DNA of 64,000 nt from Candidatus Magasanikiibacteriota bacterium (lineage in GTDB: Bacteria; Patescibacteriota; Patescibacteriia; Magasanikbacterales; GWA2-37-8), in the NCBI GenBank assembly GCA_026396515.1, contig JAPLWQ010000001.1, positions 64,564-128,563 on the forward strand, given 5' to 3'. The position numbers were made by a program, and so were the translations under genes. The notes beneath the pieces are model-generated. The model was not told the origin of the DNA. It saw only the letters and a list, made by a program, of their open reading frames with translations, and did no database searches. The first letter of the stretch is position 1; every line of letters begins with the position of its first letter. This document shows, one piece after another, positions 36,518 through 48,800 of this stretch.

Positions 36518-36859
36518 TTAATAGACGTCGAGCCAGGCGAGAAGGAGCTGAAACAGCAGTGGATTGTGCCGCGAGAGTTTGTACCAGAGCAGTTCAGACG
36601 GGCGATCCATGCTTGTCGCGATGAAGCCCTGGCAGAACACACGCTGTTCATCGTTGGTCGAGAGGCCCAGCACCTCGAACAGGGCGTCGAGTTTAGCCGG
36701 ATTGCGCCTTTTTCCGCCGTCAACCGGGATCAGCACAATTTTATCATGCGGTCCGATTGGTTCACCGGAGATGTAGCATTTCCCGGTTTCTTCCTTGGCG
36801 GGAAAGGGCGGAATGCGGTCGTCCGGAGGCGGAATTGAGCTGGTGCTTGGCATGTTCAA
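36518..36859 (-). CDS. hypothetical protein in a high-GC islet (113 aa)
   Basis: ORF only; competing overlapping ORFs exist on both strands. Confidence 0.25.
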   Translation of the reverse strand: MNMPSTSSIPPPDDRIPPFPAKEETGKCYISGEPIGPHDKIVLIPVDGGKRRNPAKLDALFEVLGLSTNDEQRVFCQGFIATSMDRPSELLWYKLSRHNPLLFQLLLAWLDVY

Positions 36860-37262
36860 TCGTGGGCCTCCTTTCCCGTGTCCGGACCTTGAATATGCGC
36901 TTTCATGTCGGATTCGTGGTCGCTCGCGACGAACGAGATGTCGTTGTCGTGGGCGCTGAGTCCGAACTCCGGAGGAGCGGAAGACCGTTCCTCATGGGCC
37001 ATTGCCCTGCGCACATCCTCGTTCCGGCTGAAGCGTGTTTTCATGTGCCCTTCTCCTTTTTCGGTTTGTGTTGAAACTCACTGCCCTTTGAACGCGAAAA
37101 GAACAAGAAAATCTCCCCTTTGGGGTGGCAGTATATTCTCATTTTTAATGTTTGTCAAGGGTTTTTGGGGATAACCATATCGGGCAGGTGGGTCATTTGA
37201 CTTAATGACATTTTAAAGGTATAATTTTCGCTATTCACCCTCCTTATTTAACAGGGTAAATC

Positions 37263-39272
37263 ATGAATGTCACAGATTTGGCCAGACAATTAAGAGTACC
37301 TCCGCAGCGGCTTCTGCAAGTATTGCCGGAGTTTGGTTTTGATATCGGCGCACGGGCGGTGAAGGTGGATGACCGGGTGGCACAGCAAATTCAGCGCGAG
37401 TGGAGACGAATAAAATTTGTACTCGAAGACCGTGAAAAAAAGGAAAAAGAAAAACAAAAAGAATTGGAAAAAGAGGCGCGCCTTCAAAGCGGAGCGACTG
37501 TAAAAATTTCCGGACGGATTACGGTTAAAGATTTGGCGGTTGTTTTGGATGTCCCGCTGAATAAATTGATTTTGGAATTAATGAAAAACGGAATTTTAGC
37601 GACGCAAAATGAATTTTTGGATCGCGATACGGCGGCGATCGTTGCCGGAGAAATGGGATATACCGTGGAGCACGAGGAGAAAAAAATTGAAGACACCTCC
37701 ACCGCTCACACCGCCACCTTAGAAAAAATTCTTGAAGAAAAAAGCGAGGTGCGTGCGCCGGTGATTGTAGTAATGGGGCATGTTGATCATGGAAAAACAA
37801 AATTATTAGACGCGGTGCGCCGGACAAATGTTATGGAATCTGAAGCCGGCGGAATTACACAGCACATTGGCGCTTATCAGGTAATGTGGACAAATCCGAA
37901 AACAAAAGAAAAACGCCCGATCACTTTTATTGATACTCCCGGCCACGAAGCGTTCACAGTAATGCGCAGCCGCGGGGCGAAAGTTGCCGACATCGCCATA
38001 TTGGTAGTGGCGGCTGATGATGGGGTAAAACCGCAGACAATTGAAGCGATCAATATCGCCAAAGCGGCTAAATTGCCGATGCTGGTGGCGATAAATAAAA
38101 TTGACAAAGAAGGCGCTGACCCGAACCGGACGCGGACCGATTTATCTCAACACGGGGTGATTTCCGACGAGTGGGGAGGGGATGTGCCGATGGTGGAAAT
38201 TTCCGCTAAGTTTGACAAAAATATTGATAAACTTTTAGACACTTTGTTGCTAGTAGCCGATATGCATGACGCGGAAATTCGCGCCAATCCGACTCGCGCG
38301 GCAGCCGGTACAGTGATTGAAGCACACGTGGATAAAGGCGAGGGTCCGGTGGCTACGCTTCTTGTTCAAGCCGGCACTTTGAAAGTGAATGATCCGCTGG
38401 TTGTGAACGGAGAAATTTACGGCAAAGTCCGAGCCATGAAAAATTATCGCGGCGAAAATATATTGGAGGCCGGCCCGAGTTGTCCGGTTCGTATTTTAGG
38501 TTTCAAAGTCGCGCCGCAAATGGGCGATGTGCTCGATGTGGGTGGTGTCGGCCAGGCAACTTTGATTGATATTAAATCAAAACGCACTCAACAGTCGGGC
38601 GCGGAACAGCGGCCGGTGTCTTCAAGCAGTGAAACTCCGGAAGAAGAAAGAAAATTCATGAATGTAATTGTTAAAGCCGATACCCTTGGTTCGCTTGAAG
38701 CAATTATTGGTTCGCTGGAAAAAATTAAAAATGATGAAGTGGCGGTAAAAGTGGTGGGCAAGGGTTTGGGCAATGTCGGCCCTGACGATGTGTCATTGGC
38801 CGAAACAACCCAGGGAATATTATTTGGTTTCAATGTCACGCCGACTCCGATTGCCGCGGGAATGATTCAGGAAAAAAATATTAATTATCGTCCGTACAAA
38901 GTTATTTATGATTTGTTTGATTATGTGAAGGAAGAATTGGAAAAACTTTTGAATCCGGAGGTGGTCACCACTGAACTCGGGAATTTTAAAGTGGTGGCAA
39001 TTTTTCGCACGGAAAAAAATCTGATGATCTTGGGCGGCAGAGTGGAGCAGGGGAAGTTGGTGAAGGATGCTAAGGTGCGTGTTAAGCGAAAAGGCGAATT
39101 TATTGGTATTGGGAAAATCGGCGCTCTGCAAGCGAGCAAACAGGCGGTGAATGAAGTGCCGGAGGGCACTGAATGCGGTTTGCAATATGACGGAAAGTTG
39201 AGAGTGGAAATAGGGGATGTGCTGGAAGCGTATCGGGAAGAGAAAAAGGAAAAGAAGCTGGTGCTTTCATAA
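37263..39272 (+). CDS. infB: translation initiation factor IF-2
   Basis: G-domain [20 protein letters not shown] and NKIDK motifs, plus the C-terminal IF-2 domains. Confidence 0.9.
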   Translation: MNVTDLARQLRVPPQRLLQVLPEFGFDIGARAVKVDDRVAQQIQREWRRIKFVLEDREKKEKEKQKELEKEARLQSGATVKISGRITVKDLAVVLDVPLNKLILELMKNGILATQNEFLDRDTAAIVAGEMGYTVEHEEKKIEDTSTAHTATLEKILEEKSEVRAPVIVVMGHVDHGKTKLLDAVRRTNVMESEAGGITQHIGAYQVMWTNPKTKEKRPITFIDTPGHEAFTVMRSRGAKVADIAILVVAADDGVKPQTIEAINIAKAAKLPMLVAINKIDKEGADPNRTRTDLSQHGVISDEWGGDVPMVEISAKFDKNIDKLLDTLLLVADMHDAEIRANPTRAAAGTVIEAHVDKGEGPVATLLVQAGTLKVNDPLVVNGEIYGKVRAMKNYRGENILEAGPSCPVRILGFKVAPQMGDVLDVGGVGQATLIDIKSKRTQQSGAEQRPVSSSSETPEEERKFMNVIVKADTLGSLEAIIGSLEKIKNDEVAVKVVGKGLGNVGPDDVSLAETTQGILFGFNVTPTPIAAGMIQEKNINYRPYKVIYDLFDYVKEELEKLLNPEVVTTELGNFKVVAIFRTEKNLMILGGRVEQGKLVKDAKVRVKRKGEFIGIGKIGALQASKQAVNEVPEGTECGLQYDGKLRVEIGDVLEAYREEKKEKKLVLS

Positions 39273-39429
39273 ATATATTATTTATTTTATTTATTAGCTC
39301 ATCAGATATTTGTTTCGGACACGGGTCTCCTCATCTCTGGACTCGTCGCCCTAACGCTCGTGCCGGCTGTGGCGCCGTCACTCCGCGATTGTCCTCAACA
39401 AAGATCTGATTCGCAAATCTATTAATCAT

Positions 39430-39753
39430 ATGGAGCAAACATTTACCGACGCAAATTTTGAAGCCGAAGTTTTGAAATCCACAGAGCCAGTGTTTGTGGA
39501 TTTTTGGGCGCCGTGGTGTGGACCGTGCCAGATGATGGGGGCGATTGTGGAAGAGCTGGCTAAGGAATTTGAAGGGAAAAAAATTAAGATTGGCAAATTG
39601 AATGTTGATGAAAATGCTGATGCCGCCGGCAAATACAGCATTATGAGCATACCGAGTTTTATTATTTTTAAAGATGGCGCTCCGGTTGATCAGATAACCG
39701 GCGGTGTGCAGAAGGAAAAACTGCAGGAAATGATTGCAAAATACGCGGTATAA
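39430..39753 (+). CDS. trxA: thioredoxin
   Basis: WAPWCGPCQMM active site; 107 aa. Confidence 0.85.
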   Translation: MEQTFTDANFEAEVLKSTEPVFVDFWAPWCGPCQMMGAIVEELAKEFEGKKIKIGKLNVDENADAAGKYSIMSIPSFIIFKDGAPVDQITGGVQKEKLQEMIAKYAV

Positions 39754-39776
39754 GCAATAGTTTAAAATAGTAAATT

Positions 39777-39806
39777 CCGCTCCGACTAAGTCGGAGCGGT
39801 TTTTGT
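39777..39806 (+). terminator. Rho-independent terminator after trxA
   Basis: ccgctccgac-taa-gtcggagcgg followed by a T-run. Confidence 0.65.
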
Positions 39807-39829
39807 TTCCACTGTGGATAACTTAGCCA

Positions 39830-39864
39830 AAAATCTTACAGTTTAAGCGTAAAAGTGGTATAAT
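39830..39864 (+). promoter_or_regulatory. putative promoter of giant gene 1 (TTACAG, 17 nt spacer, extended -10 TGgTATAAT)
   Basis: The -10 element and ~150 nt of flanking sequence are conserved upstream of giant gene 2 (51941..51949). Confidence 0.45.
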
Positions 39865-39892
39865 AATAATGAGCATACAATTTAAACCGACT

Positions 39893-42800
39893 ATGAATCT
39901 ATTGTCGGAGAAGGTAGTGAAAAAAATGACATCGCATAAAGCGGTAATTTTGAAATTATTCGGTTGTTTTTGTCTTTTCACCTTTATATCTTTGGGGATT
40001 GTCTTAGTTGCCCGGTCGGCCACACCGCCGTCAATAATTACTTATCAGGGAAAATTGTTGGTGGGCGGTTCTTCAGCTTCCACCACAGAGAACATGTACT
40101 TTGTTTTGTATGATGCCCCGACTGGGGGAACTCCACTTTACACCGCATCCGGAACTTTGGGCGCCACATCCTCTATAGCGGTCACTCCGTTTGCCGGGTT
40201 GTTCACCGTAAATCTTGGCGACACCGGTACCAACTCTCTTGATCCGGACATCTATAAAAATAATTCTGCTGTTTATCTCGAGGTGCGTGTGGGCTCTGAA
40301 ATCCTAACTCCCCGCAAACGCATTTCTTCCGCGCCCTACGCTTTCAACGCAAAATATTTAGACGGCGTAGCACCGTCAACAAATACCAACACCGCCCACA
40401 TCCCGGTCTCTGACTCATCGGGTAATTTTAATTTTAACAATATCACTTCCACCGGCGCATATGTCAGTGGAATTTTAAGCGTGGTCGGAAATTCATATTT
40501 CGGAAACATTGCTTCCGGCACTTGGAGCGGTACTGCCATCGGAGCTTCTCGCGGCGGCACTGGGGCTGATTCATCCGGCTGGACTGGTTTTGCCTATGTG
40601 AGCGGTGGCGCTTGGACATCAACCACTTCTATTCCTGCCGGTTCGCTCCCGAGCAATATCATGCTTGAAGGCGAAAACATTTCTCTACTTAACAACGACG
40701 CCGGATATGTAACATCCTCATTCACACCTGCGGGGATGGTCACAGGCACAGGTTCAAACGGTCAGGTTACATTCTGGACAGGCACTAGTTCTGTTTCCGG
40801 TTCATCCACTTTTATCTGGGATAATACTAATGGGAGGCTTGGTATTGGGATACCTTCCCCGGCTGACGCGGTAGATGTTGTAGGCAATATCAACATCAAC
40901 GCAGGCGGTTACTATAAATATGATGGCGTAAATTTTGCCATGGCTCAGCCGGTTTTGGAGAATTTCTTTACCGGAGGCTCAGGGAATTTGTCGATGACAG
41001 GAATGTATAACGTTGCCAATGGTTATCGGGCGTTTATCGCCAACACGACTGGCTTCAATAATACCGCGGACGGCGCCTATTCAATGTATTCAAATACCAC
41101 AGGTAACAATAACTTGGCTAGTGGTGTTCAGGCACTATATTGGAACGAGAGTGGATCGGGCAACACCGGTGTCGGCTCAAACGCCCTTGCCTCCAATACG
41201 TCATCTGATGCCAATGTGGCCGTCGGCTATGGCGCCCTTTATTATAATATTGTCGCCTCTAATACGGCCGTGGGTTATGAAGCGCTTCTTAATAACACGA
41301 CAGGAGGAATGAACACGGCCAATGGTTATCAGGCTCTTCGTTCCAATACAGAAGGTTGGGAAAATACTGCGACCGGCTTTCAAGCTTTATTTTCCAATAC
41401 TACCGGCGAACTAAATACCGCGTATGGCGCCGGCGCACTTATGTCAAACACTACCGGTTCAAGCAACAATGCTTTTGGCGAGAATGCTTTGTCTTCCAAC
41501 TCGATCGGGCACGATAACACGGCTATTGGAGAGAATTCTTTGAGAGATAATACCGTCGGTTATTATAATACTGCTGTTGGAAGTTATTCTCTCGTTTCCA
41601 ATCTTACCGGTATAGAGAATATTGTCGTCGGATCAAACGCGCTTAACTACAATGAAACCGGAAGTTACAATACCGCGCTCGGAAATTTTGCCTTGTCCTT
41701 CAACGTATCATCTTCGGCGAATGTAGCTTTCGGCCATGCCTCTCTTTATTCAAATGTCGCCGCTTCGAACACCGCCATCGGTTACCGTTCCGGCACAAAT
41801 GTAACGAGTGGCGCGAGAAATATCCTAGTCGGCTATCAGGCCGGCGAGTCACTGATTACCGGCTCACATAATATTGTTATTGGTTATGATATAGACACCC
41901 CGTCACTTTCTTCAGTGGATACTTTAAATATTGGTAATCTTATATACGGCACCGGTGTCGATGGGTCCAATACGACTATTAGCTCAGGATATATAGGGAT
42001 TGGTACGAGTACCCCTTTATATAAACTCACCGTTGCCGGCGACTTTGCGGCTACGGGCACCATTCGAGTGGGGAACTCAATGTCGGCCGGTACTTATGGC
42101 CAGCTACTCATGTCCACTGCCACAAGCGCGCAATGGATTTCTACTTCGTCGCTCGGTCTCGGCAATGTATCCGGCACCGGTTTAGCTAATCATGTTTCAT
42201 ACTGGAGCAGTGCCACCAGCCAAACATATGACAGCGACGGAAATTTTTATTGGGATTCGACAAATAATCGCCTTGGAATTGGAACTTCTACTCCCCAACA
42301 TACTGTGGAAGTGATGTCTACAGGACTGGGTAATGGCATTGTTGTGTCCAGCGGAACTTACATGATGGCGGGAATAGGAAATCACGGGGCTTATGCCGAT
42401 GCCGGAGCGCTTGCTGCTTTTTATCAAGGAACGATGACTGCTTTGATTGGTGCTACGGGCACATCATATATTAGAGGCGGCTTTGAAGTCGGGCCAAACG
42501 CGGGGCTTGCAGGTCCGGAATTCAAAGTCGATTCGAACGGTAATCTTACAAGAATAAATGATATAACTTATTCCTGGCCCTCTGTTCAGGGTACGGCGGG
42601 AACAATTTTACAGAATACCGGCGCTGGCGCTTTAGCATGGGCCGCCACTTCTTCTCTCGGTTTTGCTTCTTCCTCCGGTTCAAATGAATATATTCAAAAT
42701 CAATTTGCATCCAACCAATCTGCGAGTTTTAGAATTGGCGGCATTGGCGCGATGAATACAACAACAATCGGTACGACTACTCCGGAGTTCTCCTTATCTA

Positions 42801-45800
42801 TTGGCGGTGATGGTGGCATGCTCGCTGTTGGGCCGGGTTTGGGCGATGATTCCGAAGGTACTGTGCTAACAACATCCGGTACTGGTACGCGAATGATTTG
42901 GTTTCCTCGCAAAGCGGCTTTTCGAGCAGGTTCGGTTGGAGAAGATGGGGAATATGCCGACGCGTGGGATGATGCGAATATTGGTCATCACTCTACCTCA
43001 TTTGGTGGAAGTAATACTGCCAGCGGAAAATATACTTTTGCTGCCGGCTACGGCAATACAGCTGCTACTGGTTTTAGTTTTACTCTTGGGGCCCGCAATT
43101 TTGTTGATGGTAGTAGTGACGGACCGGGTGCTTTAGGGTCACAAAATTATGTATATGCAAATCAAGGAGCCATGGCGATTGGTCGTGGGAATACAGTAAT
43201 TACCCCGGCGGGAAATAGCCCGGCAATGGCGATTGGTTATTTCAACTCTTCAACAGGCGCATATTCAAATTCGTTCGGGTCATATATGAATGTGTCCGGA
43301 GAATATGCTTTTGGCATTAATGTAAGTACCACTCCGGCGACTTTGGCGCAAAATAATACGATTGCTTTGATGGGTGGAAATGTTGGAGTGGGAACGGTTA
43401 CCCCGGAATTCAGATTATCAGTTGATAATGACGGTGGTGTTATTGCCAAAGGCACGTTCGGAGCCGGCGCGTCTCTTTCGACTTCCGGCGCCGGCACCCG
43501 CATGTTTTGGTATCCGAGAAAGGCGGCATTCAGGGCCGGCCGTACAATTGGTTCCGGATGGGATGATATCAATATTGGAGAATACTCCGCTGCATTTGGT
43601 TTCGACACTGTTGCGAGCGGTACGGCATCTTTTGCTATGGGGACACAGGCGGTAGCAAGTGAAGAACATGGGACGGCAATCGGTATGTCTGTAGAAGCAA
43701 GCGGATATAATGCTATGGCCTTGGGGTACGGAGTGAATGTAAGCGGCTGGGGTTCTTTTGGATTAAATGTCAGTACAACTTATTATCCGACAGTGTCACA
43801 GGGAAACACCATCGCACTTCTCGGCGGCAATGTCGGTATCGGTACTACTGTTCCGAATGACAGCCTTGATGTTGTTGGAAATGTAGACATTGCTGCAGGC
43901 AGTTATTATAAATATAACAATGTTAACTTTGCGATGGCCTCCACCACGCTTGGAAACTACTTTTTCGGTGGGGCAGGCAATTTATTGATGACGGGCGATA
44001 ACAATACTGCAGGTGGTAACGGCGCCTTGTCTGTTAATACATCAGGTCAGTGGGACGTTGCCTTAGGTTCAGGGGCGTTGGATGCGAACACGGGCGGAAA
44101 TCAAAATACTGCCGTCGGTTTCAGTGCTTTGGGATCAAATGTTTCCTCGGGAGAAAATACTGCAATAGGTACCTATGCATTAGGGAATAATAATGGGGGT
44201 TTCTTTAATAGTGCGCTTGGTGCAGATGCCCTGAGAATGAATACAAACGGCAACGACAATAACGCTTTTGGCTTTCAGGCTCTTTATAGAAATACAACCG
44301 GAGTGAGCAATCTTGCTTTTGGCGGTAGCGCCCTTCACGAAAATATTGGCGGGGGTGGCAACATCGCGGTTGGTGGCGGGTCCCTCTATTCAAATATTGG
44401 CGGTGGTCAAAATACGGCAATTGGGTTAAATACGCTTTATAACAATACTAGTGGCGACAATAATGCCGTCCTTGGTTCTAATGCTCTTTATTATAATACA
44501 ACCGGATTAGGCAATACCGCCGTTGGTACGTATTCAGGTAGAGGCAGTGGTTCTGACGTTAATATGCGATCGGTAATCGATACCTATTCCACATTTTTAG
44601 GATATGGGGCTTCCCGAGATTCTTCAGTGGCGTCAACAACGATTCTCACAAATGCAACTGCTATTGGGTATCAAGCTAAAGTCGGTGCAAACAACGCCAT
44701 TGTGTTGGGAGGTACCGGTTCGTATGCGGTGAATGTTGGTATTGGCACCATATCTCCGACCTACCGATTAACCGTAATGGGTGACTTTGCCGCTACGGGC
44801 ACTATTAGAGTGGGCGATACAATGTCTGCCGGAACATATGGTCAGTTGCTTATGTCTACTGCCACCAGCGCACAATGGATTTCTACATCGTCGCTTGGTC
44901 TCGGTAATGTATCCGGCACCGGCTTAGCCAATCACGTTTCATACTGGAGCAGCGCCACCAGCCAAACATATGACAGCGACGGAAATTTTTATTGGGATTC
45001 GACAAATAATCGCCTTGGAATTGGCACGACAACACCGGAGTTTAGATTATCCGTCGAAAATGACGGCGGTATTATTGCCAAAGGTACATATGGCAGTGGT
45101 GCAACGCTTACAACTTCCGGTGAAGGCGCCCGTATGATTTGGTATCCGAGAAAGGCTGCTTTTAGAGCCGGCTATGCGTATGACACACAGTGGGACGATG
45201 CAAATATTGGCGATTATTCGGTCGCTTTTAATCGCAATACAATCGCAAGCGGTGCCTACAGTTCGGCTTTTGGAAGAGCCTCCGTCGCAAGTGGCACTTA
45301 TAGCACAGCCATTGGTTATGGTTCTGTTGCGGGTGGTATTGCAAGTGTCGCTATTGGTTATACTTCACAAGCTAATGCGTCTGAGAGCATTGCTGTCGGC
45401 ACAAATATGATCGTCAATGGTAATTATTCTTTTGGTCTAAATGTTTCCTCTACTTCATATACATTATCTCAAGCCAACACAATCGCTTTGATGGGTGGCA
45501 ATGTTGGAATTGGCACTACTACTCCTTCAACTTTATTGCATATTGCCGGAACCACTACTGCACAAAATATTGTTCCCGACATGACCGGCGGTTCGGGTAA
45601 TATGAGTCTATACAATCTTGGCGCCTCCACCACCCGCTGGAATTCCATTTGGACTGGTACAACGAACATTGGAACTAGCACATGGTCTTTAACCACGGCG
45701 GGCGATGGGCGATTAGGATTTTTTAGCCAGCCGAACGGAGGGGGGAGTGAATATGTTACTGTGGCGACAAGTGGGTATGTAGGGTTTGGCATCACAAACC

Positions 45801-48800
45801 CGCAGCTCAAACTTTCCATGGATACGACGGCGCCAAACAACTGGATAAACGGTTTAAATATGGTGGGAAACGCCAGTCCGACCGTGTTTCTTGGAAACTA
45901 TAATTCCAGTGGTTATTATTCTTCAATGTTGGCTCTTTACGATAATACAAGTGCTGACCCGTTCACTCTTGTTGCAGTTGGTAAATCATTTTTTAATTAT
46001 GGTTTATCAGTTGGTGTTGCAACGCAGACATACTCACAGCCTTTATTTACTGTTGGTAACGCGTATCAATTCGGAGTTAATTCAAGCGGAAATCTTGTCC
46101 GAATAAACAATGTTACGACTTCCTGGCCCGGTACGCAGGGCGCGGCAGGGTCAATTTTACAAAATAATGGTGCGGGAACTTTAACATGGGCATCCACCTC
46201 CTCTCTCGGCCTCGCTTCTTCTTCCGGTTCAAATAACTATATTCAAAATCAATCTAGTGCTAATCAGTCGGCAAGTTTTAGAATTACCGGTACCGGCACA
46301 TTGGCCGCGGTCGGTATTGGTGTAACAAATCCTGCGAAGAGTCTTGATGTTAACGGCAGCGCGATTTTCAATAAACAGTGTAGCGGTCATTCAGATTGCG
46401 GTACGGGCGGAGTTTGCTCCGGTGGATATTGTATTGCCGGCAGTGAGATGTCAAAGATTGGTGTTGGCACTATCACACCGGAATTTTCATTGTCCATGGA
46501 TTATGACGGCGGTATTATTGCCAAAGGAACATATGGCAGTGGTGCAACGCTCACAACTTCAGGCGCCGGCACAAAATTGATTTGGTATCCGCAGAAAGCG
46601 GCTTTCAGAGCGGGGTATGTAAATGGCACCCAATGGAATGACGCGAATATTGGAGCGTATTCAGCGGCATTTGGTAACAATAATACAGCATCCGGTGCAA
46701 GCGATTTCGCGGCCGGTAATGGCAACACAGCCGGCGGGGGCGCATCGGTTGCGATGGGTGTTTCCAACGTCGCAAGCGGCTATGGCGCAATTGCTCTTGG
46801 CGCCTTGAACAATTCCACGGCCAACTATGCTGTTACTATGGGTTATGGAAATTCCGCGTCAGGTGTTAGCCAAGCGCAGGCCTATGGTAATTACGCAATC
46901 TCCGATAGTCAAAATTCAATCGCTTTTGGCAACTATGTTACGTCAAGCAATTACGCGTCCATGGCGCTCGGTCATAAAATGACGGTGTCGGGCGGCTATT
47001 CTTTTGGCGTAAATGTTTCCGATACTCCCGCCACCCTTTCTCAAGCCAGCACGATTGCTCTTATGGGCGGCAAAGTCGGTATCGGTACAACCACCCCGGA
47101 ATTTAGATTATCAATTGATAATGACGGCGGTATTATTGCTAAAGGAACATATACCACTGGTGCAACACTTACAACTTCCGGTGCAGGCACACGCATGATT
47201 TGGTATCCGCGCAAGGCTGCTTTTAGAGTTGGTGCCGTTGGCATATTAACAAATAGTGATGGCTGGGATGATTCAAAGGTTGGAATGGCATCATTTGTAG
47301 CTGGTGCAGATAGTATAGCCTCAAATACACTTTCGGTTGCGTTTGGGTATAACAACTTCTCAACCGGTCCGGCCTCATTTGTTGGAGGAGCGAACTCCAC
47401 TTCAAGCGCCTCCACCTCGTTCGCCTATGGCAATGGCGTAGTATCATCAGGAAACAGATCTTTTGCGATTGGAAATTTTACTGTGGCTTCAGGGACCAAT
47501 TCGTTTGCGGGCGGAATGGAAGGAACCATCGCCAGCGGGGATAATTCTTTCGCATTTGGTAACGCTGCCGTGACTTTAGGGACCAATTCGTTTGCGGGCG
47601 GTATGTTTTCAACTGCAGGCGGCGAAAATTCCATTGCCTTTGGCAATAATGTTGAGGCTACCGGAATAAATTCCGTCGGTTTCGGTATGGACACCATCGT
47701 CAGCGGTGACAGTGCTTTTGCTTTTGGTGTACAAACTACTACGGCTGCCGGCGATGCCTCATTTGCCGGCGGTGTCCGGGCATATGCTGGCGGAGATTAT
47801 TCTTTTGCTTTTGGAGCCGATACAACATCAACTGGCGGCAACTCTTTTGCACTAGGTTCTGATATTACAGTGCAGGGATTAAATTCTTTTGGAATAAGTT
47901 TGATGGGTGGTGCTGACCGTTTAGTTACAAGTAACAATGTCATGGCCATCATGGGCGGCAACGTCGGTATTGGTTCGTCCAGCCCGAACTACCTTTTATC
48001 CATGGAAGCATCCGGCGGCGGCTTCTATTCGGTTGCAGATAAACAATGGCACGCTGGTTCATCCCGTGCCATCAAACAGGACATATCAGTCATATCCTCC
48101 GACCAGAGAGATGATCTTCTAACACTATTAGACAACATTGAAATCAATAAATACAGATTCATCAGCGACTTTAACGAGAATGGCGCTGACGCTATCTGGC
48201 AATACGGTTTCATTGCCGACGACACTGACGAGCTTCTATCCGGCCGTAACCATGATGGTGTAGCTATGGGCAGCGCCATTCAATTCCTTTTAACCAACCT
48301 CCAGACCATCTACCGTGCTTTTAACCCGATTGATCTGGCCATTGATGTAAACACCTCATCAATATCTTTTAATACCAACAAACTTTCCTTTTCCACCTCC
48401 ACTATTTTTGAAACTGCGGTAAGCAATGACTCTAACGCCCGCGCCTTTGTCTTTAACGCCATCAACTTTAACACTTCAACCTCTGACCGTTATCTGTTAT
48501 CTCTTCGCTCCAACAACACCCCTGTCTTTTCTGTCACGGCGAACGGTGATGTCCATAGCTCAGGCAACATCTATGCCGCTTCCGCTGTTCTTGGTACTTC
48601 CACCAACCCCGGCGACCTGGCAGAGAGAGTGGATATTGCCATGGAAGAAAATGTTGAACCCGGCGACGTCCTAATGGTAGATGAGAACAATCCCGACTCA
48701 TACAGAAGAACCGCCCAGGCCTATGAACCGACCGTAGCCGGCGTTGTTTCCACCAACCCCACTATTATTGTCGGCAACGGCAAGACCGAACAAACCGCCC

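Noticed and set aside
39310-39400. SRP/6S/RNase P RNA in the GC-rich infB-trxA intergenic patch
   Set aside because: None of the conserved cores of these RNAs could be recognised by eye (e.g. the SRP domain IV GGAA tetraloop context). It is left as an unassigned GC-rich patch.
39869-39892. ATG at 39869 used by the ORF track as the start of giant gene 1
   Set aside because: It lies only ~5 nt after the -10 element and is not conserved in the paralog (ataacgg at the equivalent position). The downstream ATGs at 39893 and 39926 (the latter with an SD) are conserved in both copies.
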